This document shows positions 1 through 12,160 of a stretch of DNA of 64,000 nucleotides, in pieces. Source of the DNA: Macrostomum hystrix (Eukaryota > Animalia > Platyhelminthes). Where the stretch lies: contig CATNEN010000007.1 in assembly GCA_950097015.1 (NCBI GenBank), positions 11,842,001 to 11,906,000 of the forward strand, written 5' to 3'. The position numbers and the translations under genes were made by a program. Each line of letters opens with the position of its first letter. Positions within the stretch are counted from its first letter, which is position 1. The notes beneath the pieces were generated by a model that saw only the letters and a program-made list of their open reading frames with translations, had not been told where the DNA came from and did not search any database.

Positions 1-863
1 AAGACAGATTGAAGAGTAATTGAAGAGTGATAAAGACGGATAAAGAGTGATAAAGATGGATAAAGACCGGTAAAGAGTACTTATAAAAATAATACAGTGA
101 AGTTATAAGTAGAAGTGAATATAGAGGATAAATACCGGCCATATTGAAAGTATACTCTACCATTTTGAATACATAAACGCTACCAATTTGAATTAAAAGT
201 GCATTAAATGAATAAATTAAAGACATTCATAAGATTGACATAAAGACAGTACTTGAATACAGTGTATAAGCCCTAGGACAACTTTGGTAATAGCAGTATG
301 ATTAAATTAGCCCTACAACAGATATGCTCAGTTCTGATTGGCTATGCACTAAGGCATGTGCAGCTTTTATTCGAGTTGCCACTATGTAAGCTATACTGAT
401 ATATGTTGCCTTTAGGAATGGTGGTATAGCTTTAAAACATTTGTGTAGGAAAGTTGTGCACATATTTTTTTAATTTGGTAATTTTTTATCTGTGATAAAT
501 GCAAGCATCCTGAATAGTGCAACTTTCAAAATGCTAAATCTAAATACATAGTATATTCATTCTATCTCAATTAACAAATACTTATTAGCCTAGCTAGCTA
601 GTAAGGCCAATGAATCTTGACCTACTAGTTTGTAAAGAATATATTTCCAAACTGTGTTCAATAAATCTAAACTAAAGTCAAAAGCTAACCATCAGCAAAA
701 TATTTAGCTCAAATTTTGCTTATTTTATACAATTTATTATTTTTTTAATGACAAAGAGATGCTGATTTTTGGTCTTATCAGTACCTAAAGTTAAAAGGAG
801 TAAGCTTTGTTTTAAATAGCATCTATTGAGTGTTAAAAAGGCTGAATACATTTGCTTTTACAG

Positions 864-1671
864 ATGATGACTTAATGACAAGTGAAGTTCTGACTGAGTT
901 TTTGGCTACAATTCCTGGTTAGTAGACACAGCAATCTGTTAACCATTAATAATAGTGAAGAATATGTTAACCAAAATATTTTTTTTGTTTTTAGCCTCCG
1001 AAAAGGAAATAGACCAGCTGGCCAGCTCTGCTAAGGTATTTGCCTCATGACTACTTCAGCAAGAATATTTATTTCCTATCCTATTTATTGCTGTGAATAT
1101 ATTAAGTTTCTTATCATTTCAGTAGCTTGACACCCCATCAGCCAAGAGTGGAAATCCAAGCCAGATAGATACCCAATAGCCAAGGGTAAGAATCCCTTTC
1201 TGACACCCAATAAGTGTGAGAATCCCTTTCTGACACCCAATAGCCAAGTGTGAGAATCCCTTTCTGACACCCAATAGCCAAGGGTGAGAATCCCTTTCTG
1301 ACACAAAAAGCCAAGGGTGAGAACCCTATCTGACAACCAGTAGCTAAGGGTGAGAATCCCGCTAGATTCCAATTATAAGCTCTTATCGCTAAATAGGATT
1401 TCGCATTTCATGCCCATCGTGTTTTAACTCAATGCACGGCGTGCAGATTGTACTGCCAGTTCTGGCCGCCAAATACGAGGCCGAGCTTGACAAAGCCGAT
1501 CTGGAGATGATCCACGACCTGGGCAGTCTGTCCGTGAGCCAGGTGCTGGAGAAGGTGCGCCACCTGCAGGCCCTGGTGGCCGCCTACGAAAAGGATGAGC
1601 AGCGCGAGATGCAGCGGGCCAAGCTGCTCAACATCATCGACCAGCCCGCAGGCAGCAGCGGGCAGCAGTGA
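864..1671 (+). CDS. LIN52: LIN-52 (DREAM/MuvB core subunit), 3' exons; 5' end probably upstream of the window
   Basis: Exons 864-917, 995-1035 and 1447-1671 join in frame at GT-AG sites. The last exon, KYEAELDKADLEMIHDLGSLSVSQVLEKVRHLQALVAAYEKDEQREMQRAKLLNII, matches the LIN52 C-terminal domain (human ...DIDMLKELGSLTTANLMEKVRGLQNLAYQLGLDESREMTRGKFLNIL). Confidence 0.85.
1130..1360. repeat. ~34-bp minisatellite in lin-52 intron
   Basis: Unit GAGAATCCCTTTCTGACACCCAATAGCCAAGGGT, about 6 degenerate copies. Confidence 0.9.
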
Positions 1672-2285
1672 GCCATTGGGCAGCTATGGAGTATTGGCTG
1701 GAGTATGGCAATTATGCACTTGTTTATTTCGCAGCTCCGATCTCATAATTATTACCTATTATGTCTAACTGCGTTGTGTCTAGTTTAAATGTTGTGAATT
1801 GTTCCTCTTTGTATTATTTATTTATTGTTGATGTATTTTTACTTTCTCCGGTTTGCTATGAATTAAACGGTGCTTTTTAAGTAACCATTTACTTGCTGTT
1901 GACATGGTAACCAAAATATAAAGGATTTTGCTCGGTCTGCATTTTGTTTAATTCTGCGTGTGAAAATATCTCCGGGCATTAATTGTGGCAGCTAAAACTA
2001 ATGATTGCTTCTAATGATTTAATCGGGATGTAGCGGAGATAACAGAAAACGCTTGGTGTATTTTTTGTGGGCTTTACCTCCAGATTCCGCATTCGCATTT
2101 GGTAGGCAATATTAACCATCAAGCATCACTTTGATGACATGGTTAAATCTTAACTAGCTGCTCTAGCTTAAGGACGCTATCGCCAGTGTATGGCGTCCAT
2201 CGAATCGCAACTCTATTGTTCTCTTTCATCGATTTTTACCTCGAAATTCACTCTAATTGTTTTTGATAATTAAATTAAAAAAAAT

Positions 2286-2524
2286 TTGCACCTGCCCTGA
2301 TTGGGCCAGCCGACAGCACAGCCGTTGCGTATGCTGTGTATGGCTGTTAGTCCATGGACTGGGGTGACGCCACAACCATCCTCAATACCCCAGCTAATGC
2401 TGGTGTGAACTGCAGCAATGCAGAGTTAGTCTTGCTAAAAACTTAAGTTTCTACAGTAAAGTCGGGATTCGAACCCCGACCTTCAAGTCGCGAGTCCGAC
2501 GCTCTTACAACTGGCCACAACCCC
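2286..2524 (-). mobile_element. tRNA-derived SINE (CORE-like family), copy 1
   Basis: The reverse complement aligns with the copies at 11835 and 51308: tRNA-like head (GGTCGGGGTTCGAATCCCGAC), GCATTGCTGCAGTTCAC, CCAGTCCATGGACT and GGCTGTGCTGTCGGCTG...GCAGGTG tail. Confidence 0.85.
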
Positions 2525-2782
2525 TACACAAAGAGTACTGCACATTCTCCTTCATTCTAGTTTTTTTGCCCCTTGCTGTTAATTTGCGAGTAGCAACCAA
2601 CCAGCAAGTTCCCCATAAAAAGGCGATCAGCTAGCCATTTAGTAGTGCGCGTCTGAGCACAGTGTTATAATAGGTACCATGCATTTACAAGCGACGCAGA
2701 TTGGAGACTTTTGTTAAAGCACTCCTTGGGTTGAGCGTCAGATAAGAGAGCTCTTTATTAGATCACTCCGATGGGCTAAACA

Positions 2783-4280
2783 TCATGCTTTGCCTTCTTT
2801 TCTTTCCGATGCCCTGTCGGCTCGCTGCAGCCACTTGTCGCCGCCATGCATGATCCGCCGGAACCCTGCCAGATCGATGCCACCGCGGTGACTCTCTCGA
2901 TCCGCCAGGCGCAACATCATCTCCGCCTCCTGGTCAGTCAGGCGCTCGCCCAAGCTTAACATGGCCTGCTTCAAGTCGTTGGCGTTGATCAAATCTGTGG
3001 GGATGGTTAGTTTCAATGGCAAGCGCTTAGATGAACTCATGACGGCTGTCGTTGGTAGCGCATTATCGTACCGCAGAGTTCCCTGCTTAAAGAAGTTCAA
3101 GCTATGCAGAGCTAAGTGAGGTATTTGGATCATAATACTAATTAGGCTGAATACTTCGACGGACAATTTGTAGGCATCTCCGCCCATTTTGCTGACGCTG
3201 TCCAACAGATGTGGGAACATCTACGGGTGTCGGCCTTCGCGTTAATTTTGCGAAAACCGCCCAGTCTACTCTCGGCAGCTGAGCCCGAAATGAATGGCCT
3301 AAGAAACCTTGGTGCGAGAATCAGGCGCGTTACCGCGTGATCCCTGAGTTTTCAGGGTCTTCGAAGGGTACAAGCAGCGATACATCTTGTGATGGCAGCC
3401 TTTAGTAGCCCTGAACCTACACCCTAGCCCCGTCTCTCGTCTCCAAATTCACATAGTGCACTATTTTTCTCGTTCTAGATGCCTCTAGACACTCAGTCCC
3501 AGTGTCGTTAGCCGCACAATCCGTCCTTAAGTCGAGGTTTTACCTTTTCACTTTCTGGGCTCTCTTGCGACTCTGCGTGCCCATGCTCGATCCCCATAAG
3601 CGGCTAAGACCCAGCTCAACTCGCACTCTCATCCAGACCTGAGCAGCGTAAGTGCATACGCTGTCTGACGTTCCGCATCAACTCCATGTACGCTGTATTC
3701 CTTGCTTTGACTGACCGCCTGCATCCTCACAGTCTTGGTTGTATTTTATTTTAGAAAAAAGTAGCTACAGCAATACCTTTATAGGATGCTCAGGGAGGTT
3801 TTCGATTCTGTAGAACAAAACACCTCCATAGCCCACTTAAGACATTCTTCATGCTAGCTCACTGTCTCCATCCAAGTCGAAAAGTTTGAAAGCCTCTTCA
3901 ATCTCGTTGTCTGGGACTGAGTCCGTAACGCGGTAACGCATCACCTGCTTGAATTCTTCGAAGTTCACCTCACCATTGCCGCTCTTGTCCATGGCCTGGA
4001 TCATGTTCTGTGTGATTGCAATAGTCTTTGTATGACCTTGGCTTAAAGAGATTCTTGTAAGCATTTTCATGTGTAAGCAAGGAACGTTGAGCAATTCGAG
4101 TTTGCTAAGGCACAAATCCGCTCTTACCTTCAGCTCGTCTGCAGAAGGCTTGAAGCCGAATGCCCTCATCGCCCGCTCCAGCTGCTTAATGGTGATGCTG
4201 CCGCTGCCACTTTCGTCAAACAGCGAGAAGGCCTCCCGCAGCTCTTCGACCTGCTCCGGGGTTAGATCCTCCTCAGCCAT
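2783..4280 (-). CDS. Calmodulin/centrin-like EF-hand protein, 3 exons
   Basis: Exons 4280-4128, 4007-3863 and 2994-2783 join in frame: [29 protein letters not shown]...[13 protein letters not shown]...[39 protein letters not shown]. There are four EF-hand positions. Confidence 0.9.
3150..3700 (+). mobile_element. Possible heavily decayed non-LTR retrotransposon (RTE-like) fragment in the EF-hand gene intron
   Basis: A short in-frame [11 protein letters not shown] near 3226-3258 resembles the RT motif GLxINxxKT. The rest is too degraded to read. Confidence 0.3.
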
Positions 4281-5074
4281 GAGCTGAGCTGCGCTTGAGA
4301 ACAAGGGACAGCCAACTAAGATCTCTCGGTTCACGATGGTTTGGTCAGCCCCTGTAAGCTGCAATTGTTTATAGCCTTAGCCTTATAGAATTATGGTCCA
4401 GTGCTGGGCTTCGTTTGGGCTGCGCGCCGCCACCGAGGCGCCACTGACGCCACAGCGATTAAAGCATGCGATTCGGGGCAGCTCAAAATAAAAGTGAGCA
4501 GCCCGCGTGGGTCACTCGGGTGCCAGTTTTGGTACAATAAATGTCTCATTTTATTTGGTGCCAGAAGGAATAATAGCTGTATTAATTACAGAAGAATCAA
4601 CCTCGTGGGCTGCATGAAAAGCTCGTGTAACTCGAAGCTTGTAACTCTCATCAATGAGCATAGATTATTTTTTGCCGGTGAGTTTAATAGTGCTAGATAA
4701 AATATAAGCTAGTCAGAAATAAACGTTTGAAAGCTCTACAGGCTTGTGAGTTATGTGCCGCCCTGAATGAGAAAACAGGGCTTCAGCTTCTATTGACCAG
4801 ATGAAACCAGATTGTGTTTCACGGTCTGCTTGTTTTCCAATTGCGGCGTATCGTTTGAAACTCCTGCACAAGCGCTGCGCAGAACTTCACGCATGAACTG
4901 TATGCTGTTCAGTTAGTCCGCATCAAGGACAACTGAAGTGTCCGCTCGTAGAAACAAACGTAACTTCAGTTGTCCTTGGTTGGCACAGGACCAGTAAAAG
5001 TGCGAAAGCGAACAGCAGCATTACTGCTGCTGCTAAATCTGGATTCCTCATTGACTGCTTGACGACGGTAATTA

Positions 5075-6429
5075 CTACGGGTGTGTCATAAGTAATGTCA
5101 CTGGTTGTTGTGCGGGAACCCAAAGCAATAATCATCCAAATATATTATATTCTGAAAGTACATTTATTGAGAAGTTGCCACCACACCTGAGCAGCAATAA
5201 TGTCCATGGCCAAAACTGTCGCAAGAATTTGTTAATCAGATTTAGCAAGCGCAACACGATGAAATCTTCTTTTTGCAACGAGCAAAACTCAACATGAATC
5301 ACGACAAGACGCACATCCAGTTCTACGCTTTCATTCGCTTCAAGCTTGGAAAATCTGCACTTGAAGTAGAGGAGGATCTCCGGAACACACTGCCAGACAA
5401 CTGCCCAACTCGCAGGACAATTTACAGGTGGTTTCAGAACTTTACTGATCCTGGGTTCGAATTGGGAGATGCCGCCAGATCTGGACGACCATGTTCAACC
5501 AGGACAATAGAGAACATCGAAGTCATCAGCGACCTGGTCAAGGAAGACCCGCGGCAGTCTGTCAGGGAGCTAGCGGACTGCTTGGAGATTGATTTCAAGA
5601 CAGTCCATCGCATCTTGACAGAGGATCTCCATCTCCGAAACGTCTGCTCGGTCTGGGTGCCCCATGACCTCACTGCGGACCAACGTCAGGCCCGTGTGAA
5701 CTGCGCCAATCAGATCCGCAAGGTGTTCAGCAGCCGGGGCTTGGATGACATCCTAAACTGCCTGGTTGTTGAGGATGAGACCTGGCTCCACCTGGATGGC
5801 AAAAGCAGCAAGGCAGACAATCGCTGCTGGCTGGGAGCTGGGGACTCCAGGCTGACTGTGACCAGGAGGTCCATCTCAGACAAGAAGACCATGCTGCTGG
5901 TGGCATTCACGCCAAACAAACGAGTCTCCATCTGTACAACTCCGCCAAACACCAAGGTCGATGGCCAGTACTTCATCGACTTTGTCCGACACACTGGGAA
6001 CCTCAGGCGCACGCTCCGGTCAAACCCGATTCACCTGAACGAAGTTCTGTGGCAGATGGACAACGCACGGCCCCACACCTGTCAGGCTGTTTCGGATTTT
6101 CTGGCTGGACGGCGAGTAAATCTGCTCTGGCAGAGTCCCTACAGCCCAGGCTTCAACTTGTGCGACAGGTTTCTCTTTAAATGGCTGAAGGCAGACTTTT
6201 CCCAGAGAAGTTTCGCAAACCATGATGAGGTCAAAGAAGCCGCGTTGCACTGGTTCCGACAGCTGGAGGAAAAACACCTGCAGACTGAGGTAGAGAAGCT
6301 GTACGAGCACTGCCAGAGTGTGATTGATATTGGGGGACACTATGTTGTTGATTGATACAGTTTCGTTCATCTGCGATTGTTAGTTGGTCTGTTTTACCCT
6401 CAGTGACATTACTTATGATACAGCCGAAG
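5075..6429 (+). mobile_element. Full-length mariner (Tc1/mariner) transposon
   Basis: 29-bp TIRs at 5075-5103 (CTACGGGTGTGTCATAAGTAATGTCACTG) and 6401-6429, with 3 mismatches. TA flanks both ends (5073-74, 6430-31) and the element encloses a transposase ORF. Confidence 0.95.
5294..6355 (+). CDS. Mariner DD34D transposase (353 aa from ATG 5294)
   Basis: N-terminal HTH region, RSGRP, WVPHDL, VEDETW, QMDNARPH and SPYSPGFNLCD. There are 34 residues between the 2nd and 3rd catalytic Asp. The ORF is uninterrupted. Confidence 0.95.
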   Translation: MNHDKTHIQFYAFIRFKLGKSALEVEEDLRNTLPDNCPTRRTIYRWFQNFTDPGFELGDAARSGRPCSTRTIENIEVISDLVKEDPRQSVRELADCLEIDFKTVHRILTEDLHLRNVCSVWVPHDLTADQRQARVNCANQIRKVFSSRGLDDILNCLVVEDETWLHLDGKSSKADNRCWLGAGDSRLTVTRRSISDKKTMLLVAFTPNKRVSICTTPPNTKVDGQYFIDFVRHTGNLRRTLRSNPIHLNEVLWQMDNARPHTCQAVSDFLAGRRVNLLWQSPYSPGFNLCDRFLFKWLKADFSQRSFANHDEVKEAALHWFRQLEEKHLQTEVEKLYEHCQSVIDIGGHYVVD

Positions 6430-7381
6430 TATATTTTAAAGAAAATCTTCGGCGCAGCATCGCAGGCCAACAAGAACAAGCTGGATTCGATTCCGCATCG
6501 TGCAGTGAAGGCAGACACTAAAACTCTAAGAAAATCCGAGTGTATCTGATTACTACTGCACAGCAGAGCTAGCGGATGTTGCGGCGAGATATACTCGTAT
6601 TTGCCTGTCTGTCCAACTGCACAGCGTGGCTTGTATTTGCTATCCGATTACCCTGACAGGCCAGGTGAACAGAAGCTGCACCAGACCCGGCAATTCGCTC
6701 ATGCAGGCAGAGAGCCTGTGGCAGTGAAGGACCCCCCTGAACTCTTTACGGAAGACCTAACATTTTTTAGCTCAAACCTGCGGGACATGTCGGTACTGCT
6801 GGAATAAATAATGCTTGTTGAAACTGATCGCCTCGTGCAAGCTCATAGTCTGTAGATAAAGCAGGAATCTAATAGGCTACGCAGATATTCATTTGTATTT
6901 AGAATTACATACACGCCACAAGGACCATAAACAACAAATGCGACAATGTTGTTTCATAGTCCTTGACGCGCTAGCGTTGTTCTGAAGCATCAAAAGCGAC
7001 ACAGCAAAAATGATTGACTTGAAAGAAAAAAACAGTGCGAGAGTTTGAAAGCAGAAGGCACACTTTAGTAAGAGAAATTGGTCGGATTCATCGTAGAATT
7101 TCCTCACTGTCACGATAAAGCATTCAATAAATGGCTCAAATCGCTGAATAATGTGAGGTGCTGATCCTCAGCAGTTCACTGGTAACTGAGACTGGCTATA
7201 CAAATTTGATACCGGACATTCGCTTTCGTCCGACATTGGTCTGACACAACTGCACTGGAAGCAGTCGAGACCCTATGGGAACTGAGGATGAAAATGGCAG
7301 CGTTGCTATGGAGACAGTTGAGTGCCAAGGCAATACAATCCTGCAATCAATGCGCCAGTTATGTCAGGGCGAAGAGGTGAG

Positions 7382-9520
7382 TCAGGTCAATCCAGGGGGC
7401 TCTGCGGCTCCCTGATCCTCAGGCGCGGACGGCGTCCTAGGTTTGTGACGCTTGCACTCGGGCCGCAGCGACTGAAAGAAGGCGTGATCCAAGGCCGCCT
7501 CAAGGCTGATCCGCTCCTCAGGCTCGTACTCCAGCATACGCAGCATCAGGTCGAATAGGTCCCTTGTATCTTGGGACTCGTCCTTCATGTAACGGTAGAG
7601 TGGTCGGCAGTTCTCTCTCACATACCGGCCCTCGTTGCTATGGTAGTCCCAGTCAAGTCGTCCGTGCCAAAAGTAGCTGGTTTGCGATCGGCGCGTCATG
7701 CGATACGGCACGTGGCCGAGGACTCGCTCCATCATAGCAAGATGCTCTCGGTTTTCATGAGTCTGGTATAAGGTAAATCCGGTGTACAGCTCAAATGCGA
7801 TGCAGCCAATTGACCAAACGTCACAGGGTTGCGACCAGCCGAGCTCTAAAATCACCTCCGGAGCTCGATAATGACGAGTGGACACAACAGTCGAGTGATG
7901 CTCATTATCATAGGTGGCTGAGCCGAAATCGATCAGCACGACGTCAGTACAATTAACTATCTTCTCGTGCTTACGGCGCTTGGGGTTGTAGACGGTGCTG
8001 TACTCAGAGTTCAAGAACAGAATGTTCTCTGGCTTCAAATCCGTGTGCGTCAGCTGGCTATCGTGCATGAACCGGACTGCATGCACCAGCTGGTAAACAA
8101 TGTGTCGCACATGGTCCATTGGATAGGGTGCGTAGTCATTGTCTTTAAGGAAGTCATACACTGATTTTCCCAGTAGCCTAAAAACGAGGCACATGTGGCC
8201 ATAGTATTCAAACCAGTAGAGGAGCTTGATGCATAGGTATTGACCTTCTGGATCCTTCTCGCCCAGCTTCTTTAGAACATTTATTTCAAGCTTGGCAGCT
8301 TCTCTGTACTTTTCGACATTCTTAATAATTTTAACAGCCACACGCTCACCACTCCCGCTCTGAAGGTCAATACACTCGGTAACTTTTCCAAATGTGCCCT
8401 CACCCAAAGTTTTGGTAATCTCATACCTCTCCTGCAGTACGTCACCAAATGCATATATGAGATGCCCGTCTGAATCGTCTCTGTACGGTGACTTACTGTT
8501 CTTTCGCTGAACTCTGCGCCTGTGCGGCTCCTCACACTCTTCGTTCGCCTTCTGGCGGTCTCGACTTTTTGGAGGACTCTGCACAGACTCTGAAGCGGCT
8601 GCTTGGACAATCGTTGGCCCTAGTTTTTCGTCTATTATTGTGTGCGCGGCTTCGGATTGCATCGCGGCGGGGGCAGCTCGAGGCGGGACTTGGGAAGCAT
8701 TCAGTTCTGATCCTCCTTTTGACGCCAGGTCCAGTGCTTCTTGCTGTGGCTTGCATTGTTCCCCCAACCTGGGTGCTCCTTTGTCCTCTTTCTTGGCATC
8801 CAATTCTAGCCGTGCTGCAGCTTGAAATTCTGTATCCAGTGGTTGCGACACACTAGATCTCTTCGCGGGCGCAAGCTGCTGATCACTTGTTGACCGCTGC
8901 TCAGAGCTGTCCATTGTGCTCTTGCTATTCCTCAATGCTAGGGATGCAATCTGCTGACCAAGTTTTTCTAAATCGCCTCTCAATTGGTCTAGCTGACCTT
9001 TTCGGCAATGCCTACTCACAGCCAGAGTCGGCATGTTGCCGAGTTGCCCCGCAGCTTCCGGGGGCTCAACAATAGGTGGCTCTGGCAACTCCGGATCCTT
9101 ATATGTCAGAGGTATCGACGCCTCTGTCTTGGATCCGTTATAGCAACGAGACCGGCGGCATTTTTTTTTGCTGCGGCCTGAAGAAGGCTGCGACAGCATG
9201 CTGGAGCCGCTCTGCGTCATCGGCAAAAGAGCGTCGGAGGATGCTATTAGCCTAGGCTGCCATGGTGAGCTCCACGAGCTGCCGCTAAGGCGCCAATCCT
9301 GCTGAACGTCAACGAATCCGCCGAACGGTGGCGAGCTGGCGGTAGTGGTGAGGAAAGTAACCTCGCTGGATGAAGAGCTCTCTGAGCTTCCCAGCCGTTG
9401 TCTCCTCCGTCTACAACAGAGCAAGTCGCAGAATGACTCTGGAATGCAGCCAAACAGGCGACGCCGCGGAGAAGCTGCGGCTGCGTTGGTCGCTGCTCCG
9501 GATGACTGCTGCAGCCTCAT
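7382..9520 (-). CDS. CLK: CLK/Doa (LAMMER) dual-specificity kinase, intronless, with a long N-terminal extension
   Basis: [45 protein letters not shown] and [11 protein letters not shown] lie in one continuous ORF. The first in-frame ATG is at 9520; the frame is open to 9598. Confidence 0.93.
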   Translation of the reverse strand: MRLQQSSGAATNAAAASPRRRLFGCIPESFCDLLCCRRRRQRLGSSESSSSSEVTFLTTTASSPPFGGFVDVQQDWRLSGSSWSSPWQPRLIASSDALLPMTQSGSSMLSQPSSGRSKKKCRRSRCYNGSKTEASIPLTYKDPELPEPPIVEPPEAAGQLGNMPTLAVSRHCRKGQLDQLRGDLEKLGQQIASLALRNSKSTMDSSEQRSTSDQQLAPAKRSSVSQPLDTEFQAAARLELDAKKEDKGAPRLGEQCKPQQEALDLASKGGSELNASQVPPRAAPAAMQSEAAHTIIDEKLGPTIVQAAASESVQSPPKSRDRQKANEECEEPHRRRVQRKNSKSPYRDDSDGHLIYAFGDVLQERYEITKTLGEGTFGKVTECIDLQSGSGERVAVKIIKNVEKYREAAKLEINVLKKLGEKDPEGQYLCIKLLYWFEYYGHMCLVFRLLGKSVYDFLKDNDYAPYPMDHVRHIVYQLVHAVRFMHDSQLTHTDLKPENILFLNSEYSTVYNPKRRKHEKIVNCTDVVLIDFGSATYDNEHHSTVVSTRHYRAPEVILELGWSQPCDVWSIGCIAFELYTGFTLYQTHENREHLAMMERVLGHVPYRMTRRSQTSYFWHGRLDWDYHSNEGRYVRENCRPLYRYMKDESQDTRDLFDLMLRMLEYEPEERISLEAALDHAFFQSLRPECKRHKPRTPSAPEDQGAAEPPGLT

Positions 9521-10927
9521 CTGCTGCAGGCGGCTGCACGAGCAAGCATTTATTGTGACGCCAGTACGCCTGCCAAGATACACTCGGATGCAGCGCAACC
9601 AAGCCGGTTTTCTGCCTATCTAATGGAGCCAACAGGATACCATTGGCGCTCGCCTGATGAAGAAAGAGGGTGGTTAGGGACGGGGAGGTGGAGACGAAAG
9701 GCGAAACACGCCTCGGCGTACGCTAGCCGTGGTTGGCACTGACCACCCCCAGTCCAGCAAAGGAAGCTTAAAACCCTGGCGGGTCGAAATGGCAGCTGCC
9801 GGCGCACATTGCTTAACAACCCTAGCAATGTACCTTCCGGTGCCGATATGTACCCCAGGCGCCAGCCCAGCCAGACTGCAGCAACAGCTATTCGGTACGT
9901 AAAAGACATCGTTGCAACACTTAAGTTCCAAAATTGGATTCGCATCGATAGGTACACCACGATAATGCGATGGCACAACAGCACATGGGGCCACCTTCGG
10001 TGTGCACATGAAGTCTGTCCATGCAACAGTGCAAAAAATGCTATCTGTGGCCAGCCGCCAGCGGAGTGACGCTCGAAACGCGTACAATCGCAGGTCTGTT
10101 CCAGCCGGGCGGTTTCAGCTGCATGCGCTGGACTCTTGTTTAAACAAAAATGTGGGAAGGAGAAAACTGGGCGAACGAATGCAAGGTGGTACCCACCAGT
10201 TCACTGGGAATGCGAAGGCGAAGGAACTGGAGATCAGGATAGCAAACTGAGGGCCACTATCCGGGGTTGGCAAATGGGTGCGCAGTTCACCATCTTCGCT
10301 TTTGTTGAAGTGGACCAGTAAAAGCAATGGGAGCGAGTTTCAAGCCGCATGCATCTTATTGAGCTCGGCGCACGCTTCAGAATGAACTGGATTGCATGCT
10401 ATTCGGCTATGCCTCGCGTTTTCCTCCTTAATCGCAAACGAAAATGTCACACAAATGAAGCAAACTGCCTAAATACTCCCTGGCATTTAGCCCTAGCCTT
10501 CACTGCGGCAATCAATCAAGTATTGGATTCCATGCGGATGGTTTGCACTCTGCCGTCGGCAGCCGACTGTGTCCTGCAGTTTGCTTTTTGTTTTGAAGAT
10601 AGCATGAATTCATGCGAACATGAAAATATGAAAAATTTACATTTAACAATGTCTTTTAAAAATGAAAGATTCTACCATTTTTAGAAGGATTGTAGTGGGA
10701 TCAGAAAAATGATTAGCAAGACTGTTTCATTAGAAATGATTGTGCCTATGGTTATAGTCCTGAGTTCACTTTGTTCTCGGTTTACACACAAGCTCTGTGT
10801 GATACACTACATTACTGCTGGTGTGTACGTGCTAAATTGCTGAAACGTGCATGGCTGTCACATTTTATACTTTTATGCTTAGTCGCAATCGTCAATCGAT
10901 CAAACAAGGACTCAACGATTTAAACAA

Positions 10928-11001
10928 GGTGAGTGGCAGAGTGGTCCAATACGTTTGCCTATCGCACCAAGGTCCCTGAGCTCGATTCCGTGGCGAGGCC
11001 A
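10928..11001 (+). pseudogene. Degenerate tRNA-like sequence or SINE head
   Basis: A-box-like TGGCAGAGTGG and B-box-like GCTCGATTCC at tRNA spacing, but no clean cloverleaf. Confidence 0.35.
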
Positions 11002-11214
11002 CTTTCATTTGGGGCCGCAGAGAGAAGGCTTGGAGGCTTTTCGTGAAAGTTCCGCAAAAAGGTGGCGATATGGGCATCAATTTTTGCTACTACATTTCAT
11101 GATGTAACCATGTCGGCCATAATTGTTTTTGATAATGTATTGATTACGTTGTTGATTTTAACTGTTTTAACAATATGGATTCGCAAATAGTTTGACACAG
11201 AGCCATGCAGGTTG

Positions 11215-11345
11215 CCTTTGTCACCAGGGTCTTTGACAAGAACCGCTGATTATCTCGACGATGCTGACTCTGACGGCTTTGAAAGCTGGTTCATCGTTAA
11301 ATGCAGGAAATTTTTGAACCCATATGGCAGACTTTCACGAACATC
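11215..11345 (+). repeat. Dispersed repeat fragment related to 51655-51780
   Basis: TCACCAGGGTCTTTGACAAGAACCGCTGATTATCTCGACGATGCTGACT...GACGGCTTTGAAAG...TTCATCG aligns with 51662 onward. Confidence 0.65.
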
Positions 11346-11834
11346 GTTCATTCAGTTTTGCAGCTATCGTGAAGTGCAGGCATTTGAAATAGCCCATGGT
11401 AAGCGATTTAAAAGCTTGAATGGGAACTACAGCAGTTATACCTATTGACTGCGTAAGATTAGGGCTTGAAGCAAATGATCCAGCATTCCAGAGACCACAT
11501 TTTGTACCCCCTTACCTGACAACCCATTGTGGATGCTTGGTCGGTGTGTTGACGAAATGGGATTTCTTCCCATAACCCTTGTTGCTTCTGCTAGTCTCTG
11601 AGATGGCCTTCTTTGAATTTCTTTGCATTTAGTTTTTTTACTTTAACAACTTCCATCAATCAGTTTTAGCCTGGCTTCGAGCTTTGTTCACAACCCCGAT
11701 TGTTGTGCTTCAGCTCAAGAGAGAACTCACAAAAATTGGATTTAAGAAGACATTTTAAAGTTAGGATTTGAGACCTTGCTCGAGCTGAGAAATCGGAGCA
11801 GTTATCATAAAGAAATAGAACTTAATAGTAAGAA

Positions 11835-12160
11835 GAGGTTGTAGCCTTGTGGTTAGAGCGCCGGACTCTCGACTTTCAAGGTCGGGGGTTCGATTCGCAA
11901 CTCCACTGGAACAATTTGTGTCCAGGGACAACTAGGACAACTAAAGCCCAGACATTTAGACAGACACTTCACTCTGCATTGCTTCAGTTCACCCAGCTGT
12001 TAAATGGGTACCAGCATCAGCTGGGGTAATTGAAGGCTTGGTGCGGTGTCCCCCCCAGTCCATGGACTGAACGCAGTACGCAGTCTTCAGGTCTGCCGCG
12101 CAAGAAATGCGGCTGTGCTGTTGGAGCTACACATCTGGCCCAATTTGGTCAGGTGTATTC
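11835..12160 (+). mobile_element. tRNA-derived SINE (CORE-like family), copy 2
   Basis: GTAGCCTTGTGGTTAGAGCG (A box), GGTTCGATT (B box), then ...GCTTCAGTTCACCCAGCTGTTAAATGGGTACC and the shared tail. Confidence 0.9.

Noticed and set aside
1898-1911. RFX X-box-like palindromes (also at 7302-7315 and about 30917-30930)
   Set aside because: They are single degenerate matches in 3' regions or over a start codon, which is insufficient to call them regulatory.
9616-10330. Short overlapping ORFs upstream of CLK
   Set aside because: No recognisable domain or consistent exon chain; likely UTR or regulatory DNA.
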